Part shown: piece by piece, positions 38,446 to 49,600 of the stretch | Layout of the letters: the number at the start of each line of letters is the position of its first letter | Numbering within the stretch: position 1 is the stretch's first letter | NCBI GenBank assembly: GCA_963822965.1 | Contig: CAWGJT010000010.1 | Location: forward strand, 608,001 to 672,000 | Reading direction: 5' to 3' | Length of the DNA stretch: 64,000 bases | Origin: an uncultured delta proteobacterium | GTDB lineage: Bacteria; Myxococcota_A; UBA9160; UBA4427 | The notes under the pieces: generated by a model | What the model saw: the letters and a program-made list of their open reading frames with translations, nothing else | Told to the model about the DNA's origin: nothing | Database searches by the model: none | Program-made: the position numbers and the translations under genes

Positions 38446-39180
38446 TCAGCGTCGCAGCTCGGCGCTGCGCTCCTGCTCGTTCTTCATGGCTTCGGCCATG
38501 CTCGCGCCGGCGCCGTACCAGAGGGCGCGCTTCGCGGCGGCCAGCACCTCCGGCTTGCAGGCGACCATCTGGAGGGCCATCTCCCGGGCCGCGGGAACCA
38601 CCTGCTCCACGGGCACGACCTGGTTGACGAGGCCGATGGCGAGGGCCTCCTCGGCGCGGATCACCTTCGCGGTGAGCACCAGCTCCAGCGCCTTCGCCAT
38701 GCCGACCAGGCGCGGCAGCAGGTGGGTGCTGCCGAGACCGGGCAGGATGCCGAGCTTCGCGAACGTCAGGCCGAGCTTGGCGCCCGCCGCCGCGATGCGG
38801 ACGTCGCAGGGCAGGGCCATGGTCATGCCCACGCCGATGGCGGCACCGTTCATCGCGACGATCACCGGCTTGGGGAAGTCGATGAGCTCGAGGGGAAGCT
38901 TCTTGAGAAAGGCCTCCTCGCCGAGCTTCGGGCCCTTCGAGGCGTTGCCGCCGCTCTGGTGCGCCTTCAGGTGCTCGAGATCCACCCCGGCGCAGAATCC
39001 TCGGCCGGCGCCGGTCAGGATCACGACCCGCACCGCGATCTCCTCGCGCGCGCGGGAGAACGCCTCGTACACCTCCTCGCCCATCTCCGTCGTGTAGGCG
39101 TTGAGCTTGTCGGGGCGGTTCAGGGTGATCGTCGCGATCCCCTCGGAGACGTCGTACAGGATGTTCTGGTGGTCGGACAT
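38446..39180 (-). CDS. Enoyl-CoA hydratase/isomerase family protein
   Basis: ITLNRPDKLNA, FCAGVDL, KPVIVAMNGAAIGVG. Confidence 0.9.
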   Translation of the reverse strand: MSDHQNILYDVSEGIATITLNRPDKLNAYTTEMGEEVYEAFSRAREEIAVRVVILTGAGRGFCAGVDLEHLKAHQSGGNASKGPKLGEEAFLKKLPLELIDFPKPVIVAMNGAAIGVGMTMALPCDVRIAAAGAKLGLTFAKLGILPGLGSTHLLPRLVGMAKALELVLTAKVIRAEEALAIGLVNQVVPVEQVVPAAREMALQMVACKPEVLAAAKRALWYGAGASMAEAMKNEQERSAELRR

Positions 39181-39222
39181 GCTCGCGTCCTCTTCGGGGC
39201 CGCCCGCGGCCGCCCCCTGCGC

Positions 39223-40380
39223 TCAGGCGTTGCCCAGGATCGCGATGCCGCAGGCGGTGGGATGACCGCCGATGTTGTGACTCAGCGCCAGCTTGGGGTT
39301 CGACACCTGGCGGGGACCGGCGCGTCCCTGCAGCTGCAGCGTGTTCTCGTAGATCATGCGCACGCCGGTGGCGCCCGTGGGATGGCCGAAGGTCTTGAGC
39401 CCGCCGTCGGTGTTCACGGGCAGCTCGCCCCCGAGCTCGAAGGTGCCGGCCGCGATGTGCTCCTTCGCCGAGCCCTTCTCGCAGAAGCCCAGGTCTTCGT
39501 AGGTGAGGAGCTCCGTGAGCGAGAAGCAGTCGTGCACCTGGGCCACGCCGATCTCCGCACGCGGGTCGCGGATGCCGGCCTGGGCGTAGGCGTCCTTGGC
39601 CGCCCAGCCCGTGGGCTTCCACGACAGGAAGTCGTTGCCCGGGTCCTTCTGGGGATTGGGGCCCGCCTGCACGGTGATCGCCTTCACGAGCACCGGGTCG
39701 GCGCGGTACGAGCGGGCCAGGTCGGTGCGGGTGATGATGGCCGCCGCGGCCCCGTCGGTCTGGGCCGCGCAGTCGTAGAGCCCGAAGGGCCAGGAGATCA
39801 TGCGCGCGTTGAGGACCTCCTCGACGGTGATCTCGCGCTTCAGGAAGCTCTTGGGGGCCAGGGTGCCGTTGTGGTGGTTCTTCACGGCGATGCGGGCCAG
39901 GTCCTCCCGGCCGGCGCCGTACTTCGCGAAGTAGGTCGAGGCGCACAGCGAGAACCAGCCGGCGGGGGTCTTGGGCAGATCGCGCACGCCGTCCATCATG
40001 ACCGACGGGCCCGACACGCCCCGGTCCTTGGGCTTGTCGTATCCCACCACCAGCACGGTGTCGTACATGCCGGCGGCGATCGACATCACGCCGCAGCGGA
40101 AGGCGTCGGTGCCCGTCGCGCAGTAGTTCTGGACCATGGTGACCGGCTTCCAGAGCTTCAGGGCGTCGCTGCACTCATGCGGCCCCTTCTGGGTGTAGAG
40201 CGCGCCGGTGAAGACCGCGTCGATCCGTTCCTGGGGCTTGTCGATGCCCGCGTCCGCGTACGCCTCGTAGGCTGCGTCGACGATCATGTCGGAGGGCGAC
40301 TGGTCCCAGTTCTCGCCGAACTTGCAGCAGCCCACGCCGACGATCGCCACCTTGTCTCGAATGCCTGCCGGGTTCGCCAT
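39223..40380 (-). CDS. Acetyl-CoA acetyltransferase (SCP2/archaeal-type thiolase)
   Basis: NYCATG (nucleophile Cys), DGAAA, VHDCF, GGLKTFGHPTGATG, HNIGG. Confidence 0.9.
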   Translation of the reverse strand: MANPAGIRDKVAIVGVGCCKFGENWDQSPSDMIVDAAYEAYADAGIDKPQERIDAVFTGALYTQKGPHECSDALKLWKPVTMVQNYCATGTDAFRCGVMSIAAGMYDTVLVVGYDKPKDRGVSGPSVMMDGVRDLPKTPAGWFSLCASTYFAKYGAGREDLARIAVKNHHNGTLAPKSFLKREITVEEVLNARMISWPFGLYDCAAQTDGAAAAIITRTDLARSYRADPVLVKAITVQAGPNPQKDPGNDFLSWKPTGWAAKDAYAQAGIRDPRAEIGVAQVHDCFSLTELLTYEDLGFCEKGSAKEHIAAGTFELGGELPVNTDGGLKTFGHPTGATGVRMIYENTLQLQGRAGPRQVSNPKLALSHNIGGHPTACGIAILGNA

Positions 40381-40383
40381 GGC

Positions 40384-41826
40384 TCAGTCCTCCGACCGGG
40401 CGGCGGCGGACGGTGCGTCCTCCGGGACCGGGCTGCCCTTCCAGTAGTAGTTGGGACGACCGCCGCCCATGTGGATGCGCCGGAACACGAACTCCACGGG
40501 CAGGCCGATGCGGACGTCCTCGGGCTTGCAGTCGACGATCTGCAGATGGATGCGGGCGCCGTCGACGTCCGTCACGGTCACCACCGTGGGCGGGTCGGGG
40601 GTCGGAAAGAAGAAGTCGAAGGTGTAGGTGACGATGCGCCCGACGCGATCCGAGAGGCGCACGCTCTCGAAGTCGTCCGGGGCGAAGCAGGTCTCGCAGA
40701 CGCGCTGGGCGGGGAACTGGATCGCCCGGCACTGGCGGCACTGCTGGCCGCGGAGGGACAGGTCGTCGTCGCGCTCGCGGAAGTGGACGGTGGCCGAAAG
40801 GCCGGGGTCGCCGCCGGGCTGCCATTCGCGGGTCTGCAGGCTGCGGGCCTTGAGGTAGCGGTCGTAGCTCGCGGCCGGCCGGCGCCTCGCCAGGTGCCAG
40901 CTCACCCCGCGCCGGGGCTCGAGCTTCTCGAGCTGGTCGGTCACCCGGAAGGCGAGGGCCTCGGCGCCGTCGCCGTAGCTCGCCACCAGCAGGCGGTCGC
41001 CCGGGCTCGCGTCCTCGAGGGCGGCCGCGAGGAGCATCGGCGCGAAGGCCGTCCCGGTGTTTCCCATGCGACCGAAGTACGGGTCCTGGAGCTGCTCCGC
41101 CGCGGCGTGCAGCTGGCGCGCGGCCGTGGCGTGGCTGCGCGCGTCCGGGGCGTAGAGCGCCAGCTTCGCGAAGTCGCCCAAACCGCCGCCGCTGCGCTCG
41201 AGCAGGCCCTGCACGGCTTCCGTGATGCGCGGTGTGTAGCCCTCCTGGACGACGAAGCGGTCCTCCCAGGAATGCACGAAGGGATCGCCCTCGCTGCGCC
41301 AGACGTCGACGATCTCGTCCGCCACGGCGTGGAATCCCTCGAGGGTGGCCACCGCGTCGCCCTCCGCGACGAGGAAGGCGGCGGCGCCGTCGCCGAGGTT
41401 CCCCTCCAGTGCCGAGCCGGGGGCGGCGAGCCGTGCGTCGCTCGCGATCACCAGCACGTTGCGCGCCGATCCTGCGGTCACCGTGTCGAAGGCGGCTCGC
41501 AGCGCCGTGGTGCCGGCTCGGAGCGAGCCCGCGTAGTCGGCGGTCCGGACGTCGCGACGCAGGTCGAGGGCGCGAGCCACCAGGGCGGCGGCCTGCTTCT
41601 CCTGGAACGCATAGGTCGTCGAGGCGAAGTACACCGCGTCGACGGCCGCGCGATCCAGCCCGGCGAGGCAGTGGACCCCGGCGCTCACCGCCATGGTGAC
41701 GGCGTCCTCGTCGTTCCAGGCCACCGCCTTCTCGGGTCCGCCCTCCCGAGCCGGTCGCCCGCCGATCAGGGCCAGGGGCAGGCGCGTGCGCGGGACGTAG
41801 GCGCCGTAGGACGTGATGCCGATCAT
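40384..41826 (-). CDS. HMG-CoA synthase/FabH-like domain fused to C-terminal DUF35 (Zn-ribbon/OB-fold)
   Basis: MIGITSYGAYVP, DEDAVTMAV, GDGAAA, GNTG, SYGDGA; then CRQC...CETC, GRIVTYT, FRR...NYYWK. Confidence 0.88.
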   Translation of the reverse strand: MIGITSYGAYVPRTRLPLALIGGRPAREGGPEKAVAWNDEDAVTMAVSAGVHCLAGLDRAAVDAVYFASTTYAFQEKQAAALVARALDLRRDVRTADYAGSLRAGTTALRAAFDTVTAGSARNVLVIASDARLAAPGSALEGNLGDGAAAFLVAEGDAVATLEGFHAVADEIVDVWRSEGDPFVHSWEDRFVVQEGYTPRITEAVQGLLERSGGGLGDFAKLALYAPDARSHATAARQLHAAAEQLQDPYFGRMGNTGTAFAPMLLAAALEDASPGDRLLVASYGDGAEALAFRVTDQLEKLEPRRGVSWHLARRRPAASYDRYLKARSLQTREWQPGGDPGLSATVHFRERDDDLSLRGQQCRQCRAIQFPAQRVCETCFAPDDFESVRLSDRVGRIVTYTFDFFFPTPDPPTVVTVTDVDGARIHLQIVDCKPEDVRIGLPVEFVFRRIHMGGGRPNYYWKGSPVPEDAPSAAARSED

Positions 41827-41858
41827 GGGTGCCTCGTGGGCTGCTCGCCGTGGACTGC

Positions 41859-42749
41859 CTACTTCGTCGGGGGCTTCACGCCGTCGTAGAACGGGTACGG
41901 GTTCTTCATGAGCCCGATGGGCTCGAGGTGCTGCTTGAGGTGGCCCTCGAAGGACTTGATCAGGTCCTGCACTCCCCAGCCCCCGTCCTTGTACATGGCG
42001 GTGCCGTACCTGGGCTGCTCGAGAATGGTGACCCGTTCGCCGCCGGTGCCGAAGATCTGGCCGCTGACCCAGTTGGCGGCGTCGCTGCACAGGAAGGCCA
42101 CGAACGCGCCGTTGCGGGTGGGATCGATGAACGGAAGCTCGACGTCCTTGCCGTCGGGTCCCTTGTAGGTGGCCGACATGCGGGTGGTGCCGCTCGGGCT
42201 GATGGCGTTCACGCGGATGCCGTAGCGGGCGAGTTCGAGCGCCCAGGTGTAGGTCATCGACGCGATGGCGCCCTTCGAGCCGGCGTAGTTCGTCTGTCCG
42301 AAGTTGCCGAAGTGCGCGGCGCTCACGGTGTTCACGATGGAGCCGCCGCTGTTCTGCTCCTTCATGCGCAGGGCGCCCTCCTGGCTGCACAGGAAGGTGC
42401 CTCGCATGTGGACCGCGACGACCGAGTCGAACTCCTCGTCGCTCATCTTGAGGAAGGAGCGGTCGCGGACGTTGCCGGCGTTGTTGACCACCGCGTGGAT
42501 GCCGCCGAAGGCGTCGACGCACTGGCCGACGAGCGCCCGGGCGCCTTCGCGCACGCTGATGTCGTCGGTGTTGACGAGGGCCTTGCCGCCCTGGGCCGAG
42601 ATCTCGTCGACGACCTTCTGGGCTTCGTTTCCGTCGATGTCGTTGACGACCACCGACGCGCCGTTCTCCGCCAGGTGCAGGCAGTGGCCGCGTCCGATAC
42701 CGCGCGCACCGCCCGTCACCACCGCGGCCTTGCCGTCGAGGATTCCCAT
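41859..42749 (-). CDS. SDR family oxidoreductase (3-hydroxyacyl-CoA dehydrogenase/MFE-2-like)
   Basis: TGGARGIG, NNAGNVRD, GNFGQTNYAGSK. Confidence 0.92.
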   Translation of the reverse strand: MGILDGKAAVVTGGARGIGRGHCLHLAENGASVVVNDIDGNEAQKVVDEISAQGGKALVNTDDISVREGARALVGQCVDAFGGIHAVVNNAGNVRDRSFLKMSDEEFDSVVAVHMRGTFLCSQEGALRMKEQNSGGSIVNTVSAAHFGNFGQTNYAGSKGAIASMTYTWALELARYGIRVNAISPSGTTRMSATYKGPDGKDVELPFIDPTRNGAFVAFLCSDAANWVSGQIFGTGGERVTILEQPRYGTAMYKDGGWGVQDLIKSFEGHLKQHLEPIGLMKNPYPFYDGVKPPTK

Positions 42750-42778
42750 GTAGCGACTCCTGTCGAATTACGAGACGT

Positions 42779-42807
42779 AGCGTATAGGAATATCCCGGGG
42801 GAGTCAA
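42779..42807 (-). promoter_or_regulatory. Sigma-70-type promoter TTGACT-N17-TACGCT
   Basis: -35 at 42807-42802, -10 at 42784-42779, exact 17-bp spacer, upstream of the AGGAG RBS and ATG 42749. Confidence 0.65.
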
Positions 42808-42884
42808 AGCGTTCCCGGCCGACCGGTTCCGCCGTTTCGTTCCGGATTCCGGGGGCTTGGCGAGGTGGTGTGGCCGAGGCGGGC

Positions 42885-43874
42885 CTACAGCGATGCGTGG
42901 GTCGCGCGCTCGACGCAGTCGGCCACGGTCTCGGCGTGATCCTCGCCGTTGCCGAAGAGCGACTCGAGCAGCCAGGCCCGCTTCAGGTAGTAGTGGGCCG
43001 GCACCTCCCAGGTGTATCCCATGCCGCCGTGCACCTGGATGCAGGCGCGCGCGTTCTTGAGCGCGGCCTCGCCGGCCGTGAGCTTGGCGACCGAGACGGC
43101 GCGGGGCACGTCGCCGACCGCCGGGTCGTCGAGGGTCGCGCCTGCCGCGTAGGCGGCCGCCCGCGCCACCTCCTGGCGCACGAACATGTCCGCGAGGATG
43201 TGCTTCACGGCCTGGAAGGCGCCGATCGGCTGGCCGAACTGCTCGCGTCCCTTCGCGTAGGCGTTGGCGAGCTCGAGGGTGGCTTCGGCGATGCCGAGCT
43301 GCTGGCCCGCCACGAGCGCGGCACCTTCGAGCCGCAGGCGCGCGGCGTCCGACGGCCCGCCCACCTGCTCGCCGTCGGGCAGCGAGCGCACCTCGTGCAC
43401 CGGCGTCAGGGGGTCGAGGGGCGTCTTCACCGGACGACCCTCGACCCGGCGCGCGTCGATCACGAAGAGGCCCTCCGGTTGCACCGCCAGCAGCCGGTCG
43501 ATGCCTTCGAGCTGCTCCACCAGGATCGGCCCGCCGCCCCCGAGCTCGACTCCGCCGACGATGCACTCCCCCGACCCGGCGCCGGGAACCAGGCTCGCCG
43601 CCAGGTGGCTCCACACGGCGGGTCCGGGCACCAGGCGCCGCCCCAGCTCGCAGAAGACGAGCACGGCGTCGGCGGTTCCGAGCCCCACGCCGCCGTCCGC
43701 TTCGGGCAGCCGCAGGGCGAACACGCCCATCTCGGCGAGATCGCTCCACAGGGAGCGGTCGATGCCGCCGGCCTTCTCGAGCTCGGGCAGCTTCTCGGCG
43801 GGCACGCGGCCCTCGCAGAAGCTGCGCAGGCCCTCGCGCAGGGCCTTCTGGTCTTCGCTGAGCTGGAAGTCCAC
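42885..43874 (-). CDS. Acyl-CoA dehydrogenase (short, beta-type subunit)
   Basis: REQFGQPIGAFQAVKH, IQVHGGMGYTWE...HYYLKRA. Confidence 0.9.
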   Translation of the reverse strand: MDFQLSEDQKALREGLRSFCEGRVPAEKLPELEKAGGIDRSLWSDLAEMGVFALRLPEADGGVGLGTADAVLVFCELGRRLVPGPAVWSHLAASLVPGAGSGECIVGGVELGGGGPILVEQLEGIDRLLAVQPEGLFVIDARRVEGRPVKTPLDPLTPVHEVRSLPDGEQVGGPSDAARLRLEGAALVAGQQLGIAEATLELANAYAKGREQFGQPIGAFQAVKHILADMFVRQEVARAAAYAAGATLDDPAVGDVPRAVSVAKLTAGEAALKNARACIQVHGGMGYTWEVPAHYYLKRAWLLESLFGNGEDHAETVADCVERATHASL

Positions 43875-43888
43875 GGGAGGGTCCCCTT

Positions 43889-45085
43889 CTATCGCGGCCG
43901 CGGATCGCGGGGCAGGCCGAGGATCCGCTCGGAGATGATGTTGCGCTGGATCTGCGAGGTGCCGGCGGCGATCGTGAGGGAGAGCGACTGCAGTACCCGT
44001 CCCAGGATCTCGCCCGACGGCAGCGAGGCCACGTCCTCGCGGGCGAGTCCCGCGCGCCCGAGCAGGCGCATCGAGAGCTCGCAGATCCGCTGGTAGAGCT
44101 CGGTGTAGAAGAGCTTGATCGCCGAGCCGCCGAGACCCGGCACCCCCGTTTCGGCGGACTCGCACACCGACAGCTTGACCATCGCCCAGAGGGCGTCGAG
44201 CTCCGCCGAGAGGTGCCCGATCTCGCGGCGCAGGGCGGCGTCCTCCCAGGCGCTGGCGTCGTGGCGCGTGACCCGCTTGGCGACGTCGACGAGCGTGGCC
44301 ACGAAGCGCTGCAGGGAGATCATGTCGCTCGCGAAGGCGGTGCCGCGCTCGAAGCGCAGGGTGACGTTGGTCACCCGCCAGCCGTCGTTCTCGAGGCCCA
44401 CCCGGTTCGCCACGGGGATGCGGACGTTCTCGAGGAATACCTCGCTGAACTCCCCCTCGCCGGCGAGGGTCGGCAGCGGGCGGATCTCGATGCCCGCCGC
44501 GTCCATGGGCATGATCAGCCACGTGATGCCGCGATGCTTGGGGGCGTCGGGATCGGTTCGCACGAGCAGCTCGCAGTAGTCGGCGGCCTGGGCGAAGGAG
44601 CACCAGATCTTGTGGCCGTTCACCACGTAGTCGTCGCCGTCGCGCACGGCCCGGGTGGACAATGCCGCCAGGTCCGAGCCGGCGCCGGGCTCGGAGAATC
44701 CCTGGCACCACACCTGGGAGCCGTCCAGGATGTGCGGCACGTGGCGCGCCTTCTGCTCGGGGGTGCCCTCCGCGATCACCGTGGGGCCGCCGTGCAGCAG
44801 CCCCACGAAGTTGACACCCACGTAGGGGGCCTGGGCTCGGGCGGTCTCTTCGTAGTAGACGAGCTGCTCGGTGAGCGACGCGTCCCGTCCGCCGTACTCC
44901 TTCGGCCAGTTGATGCCCGCATAGCCCGCGTCGAAGAGCTTCTTCTGCCAGCCTGTGTCGTAGGCGCGTCGGGCCGGCCAGTCGTGGATCGGCGGCGGGC
45001 TGCCGTGGGCGGGCACGGCGTCGTTCAGCCAGGCGCGGAGCTCCGCGCGAAACTTCTCGTCGGATTCGGAGTAGCGCAGGTCCAC
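43889..45085 (-). CDS. Acyl-CoA dehydrogenase (long, alpha-type subunit)
   Basis: WCQGFSEPGAGSDLA, TLRFERG, TIAAGTSQIQRNIISERILGLP. Confidence 0.92.
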   Translation of the reverse strand: MDLRYSESDEKFRAELRAWLNDAVPAHGSPPPIHDWPARRAYDTGWQKKLFDAGYAGINWPKEYGGRDASLTEQLVYYEETARAQAPYVGVNFVGLLHGGPTVIAEGTPEQKARHVPHILDGSQVWCQGFSEPGAGSDLAALSTRAVRDGDDYVVNGHKIWCSFAQAADYCELLVRTDPDAPKHRGITWLIMPMDAAGIEIRPLPTLAGEGEFSEVFLENVRIPVANRVGLENDGWRVTNVTLRFERGTAFASDMISLQRFVATLVDVAKRVTRHDASAWEDAALRREIGHLSAELDALWAMVKLSVCESAETGVPGLGGSAIKLFYTELYQRICELSMRLLGRAGLAREDVASLPSGEILGRVLQSLSLTIAAGTSQIQRNIISERILGLPRDPRPR

Positions 45086-45185
45086 GCAGGGCTCCCGGTC
45101 GAGGTGGGCTCGCGCCCGGGGCTGGCCCGGCGGCAGAGCCGCTGCATGATACGGAGCCCCTCTCGGGTCGCCAAGTGAGGCGCGT

Positions 45186-46025
45186 TCAGCGGTCCACGTA
45201 CTTCGCGTAGTCGTCGAGCACGGGCAGCACGCGATCACGCGGCGCGGACGGTAGCCGCAGCACGGTCTCGGTCACGCCCAGCTCCTGGTAGTAGGCGAGC
45301 TTTCCGGCGTCGGGGAACACGCCCATGGGAACCACGTGCAGGTCCTCGAAGCGCCGTCCGCGCGCCTCGACCGCCCGGCGCAGCTCCTCGAGGGCGCTCT
45401 TGATGCCCCCGCCGCCGATGGGCAGCCAGCCGTCGGCGTACTCCGCGATGTGGGCGAAGAGCTTGGGGCCCGCGGCGCCCCCGATCAGCACCCGGGGTCG
45501 GGGCTGCTGGACGGGCTTCGGCCACATCCAGCAGCGCTCGAAGTCGACGAAGGTGCCGTGGAACTCCGCCTCCTCCCGTGACCACAGCTCCTGCATGGCG
45601 AGCATCTTCTCCCGCACCAGCTCGCGCCGCCGGGGGAAGTCGATGCCGTGGTTCTCCATCTCCTCACGGTTCCAGCCGAAGCCGATGCCGAGCACGAGTC
45701 GTCCCTGGGACAGCAGGTCGAGGGTGGCGAGCTCCTTGGCGAACGTGATGGTGTCGTGCTGGGCGACGAGACCGATGCCGGTGCCGAGGCGGATGCGCGA
45801 GGTGACGGCCGCCGCCGCGGCCAGGGCCACGTAGGGATCCAGGGAGCGCAGGTACTCTTCGGCCAGCACCGCGTCGCCCGTGGGCGCGGGCGTGCGCCGG
45901 CTGGTGGGGATGTGGGTGTGCTCGGGGACGTAGAGCGAGTAGAAGCCCCGGGCCTCGGCCTCCCGGGCGAGCTCGACGGGCGACATGGCCTTGTCCGTGG
46001 CGTGGATCGTGACGCCGATCTTCAT
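45186..46025 (-). CDS. LLM-class F420-dependent oxidoreductase (Rv2161c-like)
   Basis: [42 protein letters not shown]. Confidence 0.88.
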   Translation of the reverse strand: MKIGVTIHATDKAMSPVELAREAEARGFYSLYVPEHTHIPTSRRTPAPTGDAVLAEEYLRSLDPYVALAAAAAVTSRIRLGTGIGLVAQHDTITFAKELATLDLLSQGRLVLGIGFGWNREEMENHGIDFPRRRELVREKMLAMQELWSREEAEFHGTFVDFERCWMWPKPVQQPRPRVLIGGAAGPKLFAHIAEYADGWLPIGGGGIKSALEELRRAVEARGRRFEDLHVVPMGVFPDAGKLAYYQELGVTETVLRLPSAPRDRVLPVLDDYAKYVDR

Positions 46026-46076
46026 GCCGCCGGTTGTATCACGTCGCGGCTTCGGCCGCCCCGCACGCACGGGGAG

Positions 46077-46553
46077 TCACGGGCCCCGCAGCCGGGCGGC
46101 GGTGCGTTCGGCCCAGCCGCCCGGAACCCGCGCGTCCACCGTCACCCGGCGGGCGGCGAAGAGCCAGCAGCCCTCCCGCCGGACGTAGCGGTCGACGTAG
46201 CGGCCCCAGTGATCGAGGCCCTGCTCGGTGAGCACCGCGTAGTAGCAGCGGCCCGTGGCCTCGTCGGGCGAGAGCAGGTCGATCTGGTGGGTGGCGGTGA
46301 AGTGTCGCAAGAGCCTGGGTGGGGCGGCGTCGGGACCGGCTCCCCCCGTCTCGGGATCCCGCCCGGCCGCCCCGGTGAAGAGCGCCCGGATCTCCTCCCG
46401 CCCGCGCCAGCTGCGCCCGGGGACGATCTCGACGACGGCGTCGTCGCAGAAGAGCGCCAGGGTCTCCTGGAAGCGCCCCGAATCGCCGCTCGCGTTGTAG
46501 CGCGCCACCAGGTCGCGAATGCACTCGCGCGCGACGAGCTCAGCGATCTCCAT
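46077..46553 (-). CDS. NTF2/SnoaL-like protein
   Basis: [28 protein letters not shown]...W.F..R. Confidence 0.85.
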   Translation of the reverse strand: MEIAELVARECIRDLVARYNASGDSGRFQETLALFCDDAVVEIVPGRSWRGREEIRALFTGAAGRDPETGGAGPDAAPPRLLRHFTATHQIDLLSPDEATGRCYYAVLTEQGLDHWGRYVDRYVRREGCWLFAARRVTVDARVPGGWAERTAARLRGP

Positions 46554-46680
46554 GTCCGCTCCCGTCCGTGCCGTTCGTCCGCCGTGAAGGCGATTCTACC
46601 CCTGTGCTTGCTATCGTGGAGCGCCGCCGCGGACGAATGCCGCAGCCGATGGAACCGCAGCCCCTCGGAGTCCCCCACTC

Positions 46681-49600
46681 TTGTCCCAGAGCCCGCAGAC
46701 CCCGCCCCAGCGTCCCGCCGCCGGCGAGATCGATCGCGACTACGCGCTGGACGACCGCTATCGGCTGACGAGCGGACGGGTCTTCCTGACGGGCGTCCAG
46801 GCCCTGGTTCGCCTGCCGTTGATGCAGCGCCAGCGCGACCGGGCCGACGGCCTCGATACCGCGGGCTTCATCTCCGGCTATCGGGGCTCGCCGCTCGGCA
46901 CCTACGACATGGCGCTGTGGCAGGCGCGCTCGTTCCTCGAGGAGAACCACGTCCGTTTCGAGCCGGGGGTGAACGAGGACCTGGCGGCCACGGCGGTCTG
47001 GGGCTCCCAGCAGTCGAACCTGCTGCCCGGCGCCCGCTACGACGGGGTCTTCGGCATCTGGTACGGCAAGGGTCCGGGCGTCGACCGCTCGGGGGACGCC
47101 CTCAAGCACGGCAACTTCCACGGCACCGCCCCGAACGGCGGCGTGCTGGCGCTGTGCGGCGACGATCCCGGCGCCAAGTCCTCGTCCCTCGCGCACCAGA
47201 GCGAGCAGGCCCTGATCTCGTTCGGCATGCCGATCCTGAATCCGTCGAACGTCCAGGACTACCTCGACTTCGGCCTCTACGGCTGGGCGCTCTCGCGCTA
47301 CTCGGGCTGCTGGGTGGGCTTCAAGTGCGTGACGGACACGGTCGAGAGCTCGGCCTCGGTGTCGGTGGATCCGGAGCGCGTGCGCGTGCGGCTCCCCGAC
47401 GACTTCGAGATGCCGCCGGGCGGCGTGCACATCCGCTACGGCACGATGCCGACGGCGCTCGAGGAGCGGCTCTTCCTCTACAAGCTGCCGGCCGCCCAGG
47501 CCTTCGCGCGGGCGAACGGCATCGACCGGGTGGTCCTGGACGCCCCGCGTCGGCGGCTGGGCATCGTCACCACCGGCAAGGCTTACGGCGACGTACGCCA
47601 GGCGCTCGACGAGCTCGGCGTCGACGAGGCTCGCGCCCGGGCCATGGGTCTGTGCCTGTACAAGGTGGGCATGAGCTGGCCCCTCGAGCCCGAGGGCGCA
47701 CGCCGCTTCGCAGACGGTCTCGAGGAGATCCTGGTCGTCGAGGAGAAGCGCGGGGTCGTGGAGGAGCAGCTGGCGGGCCTGCTCTACAACCTCGAGCGGC
47801 GTCCGCGCCTGCTGGGCAAGCGGGACGAGCAGGGCGCCCGCCTGCTGCCCGAAGTGGGAGAGCTCTCGCCGGACACCGTGGTCGGGGTGCTCGGCGCCTG
47901 GCTCGCGCGGCGGGTCGAGGGCTTCGAAGTGCCCGCCTGTCCCGGCGAGGTGGTGACCGTACAGGCGGCGGGCGGCGGCCTCACGCGCCTCCCCAGCTTC
48001 TGCTCCGGCTGTCCCCACAACACGTCCACGGTGGTGCCCGAGGGCAGCGTCGCCATGGGCGGGATCGGCTGTCACGGCATGGCGGTGTGGCTGCCCGAAC
48101 GTCGAACCCTGGCGGTGGGGCAGATGGGCGGCGAGGGCGCCGCTTGGATCGGACAGGCCCCCTTCACCGAGACGCCCCACATCTTCCAGAACCTGGGGGA
48201 CGGCACCTACTTCCACTCGGGTCTCCTCGCCATCCGCGCCGCCGTCGCCGCGAAGGTCAACATCACCTACAAGATCCTCGTCAACGGCGCGGTCGCCATG
48301 ACCGGAGGCCAACCCATCGAGGGCGAGCCGATGGCGGGCGAGATCACGACGCCCGAGATCGCCCACCAGCTCGACGCCGAGGGCGTTCGCAGCATCGTGG
48401 TTCTGAGCGACGACGTGGAGAAGTACCCGCCCGGCGCGTTCCCGGCCGGCGTCGAGGTGCACCACCGGGACGACCTGGCCCGGGTCCAGCGCCAGATCCG
48501 GGGCATCAAGGGCGTCACGGCCATCGTCTACGACCAGACCTGCGCCGCCGAGGCGCGGCGGCTGCGCAAGCGCGGCGAGTGGCCCGACCCGGACCAGCGC
48601 ATCGTGATCAACGAAGCCGTGTGCGAGGGCTGCGGCGACTGCAGTGTGCAGTCGAACTGCATCTCGATCGAGCCCGTCGAGACCGAGCTCGGCCGCAAGC
48701 GCAAGATCAACCAGAGCTCGTGCAACAAGGACTACTCGTGCCTGAAGGGCTACTGCCCGAGCTTCGTCTCGGTGACGGGCGGAAGGCTCCGCAAGACCTC
48801 CGGCGAAGGCGCCGACACGGGCGACACCGCGTCGTTCGCGAGCCTGCCCGACCCGGGACCGGCGGACGCGCGCCGGCCCTTCAACATCTACGTGGCGGGC
48901 ATCGGCGGCACCGGGGTCGTGACCGTGGGCGCCCTGCTCGGCATGGCGGCGCACCTGGAGGGCAAGGGCTGCCTGCTGCTGGACGTGACGGGTCTGGCCC
49001 AGAAGAACGGCCCGGTCGCCAGCCATGTGCGGATCGCGGCGGCTCCCGAGGACCTGCACGCCAGCCGCATCTCGAAGGGCGCGGCGGACCTGCTGCTCGG
49101 CTGCGACATCGTCGTGTCGGCGGGTCCCGAGGGCGTGTCGAAGCTGTCGCCGGAGCGGACCGTCGCCGTGGTGAACTCCCACGTGGCGCCCACCGCCGAC
49201 TTCGCCAACCGGCCCGACCTGGACCTCTCCTCGCGCGGGATGGAGGAGACGATCGCCGGCGCGAGCGGCGGCCACAGCCACGTCATCGCCGCCACCGAGC
49301 TCGCCCGGGCGCTTCTTGGAGACGCCATCGCCGCGAACCTCTTCCTGCTCGGCTACGCGTACCAGATCGGTCGGCTGCCCGTGAGCCTCGCGGCCCTCGA
49401 GCGTGCCATCGAGCTGAACGGTCGCCAGGTGGAGATGAACAAGCGGGCGGTGGCGTGGGGGCGGCTCGCGGCCCACGATCTCGCCGCGGTGGAGAAGGCG
49501 GCGCGCCCCGGGCTGCGCGGTGCGTTGGAGCCGGCTCCCGCGCGCACACTCCCGGAGCTGGTGGAGCACCGGTCGCGGCTCCTGACCGACTACCAATCGC

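Noticed and set aside
40384..41826. Mevalonate-pathway HMG-CoA synthase
   Set aside because: Catalytic Cys apparently absent and no other mevalonate genes in the window
38254..41889. 1211-aa plus-strand ORF, and similar long antisense ORFs (6330..9878, 46540..50124, 58221..61070, 21481..24087)
   Set aside because: Antisense or off-frame to well-supported genes; stop-codon scarcity at high GC explains them
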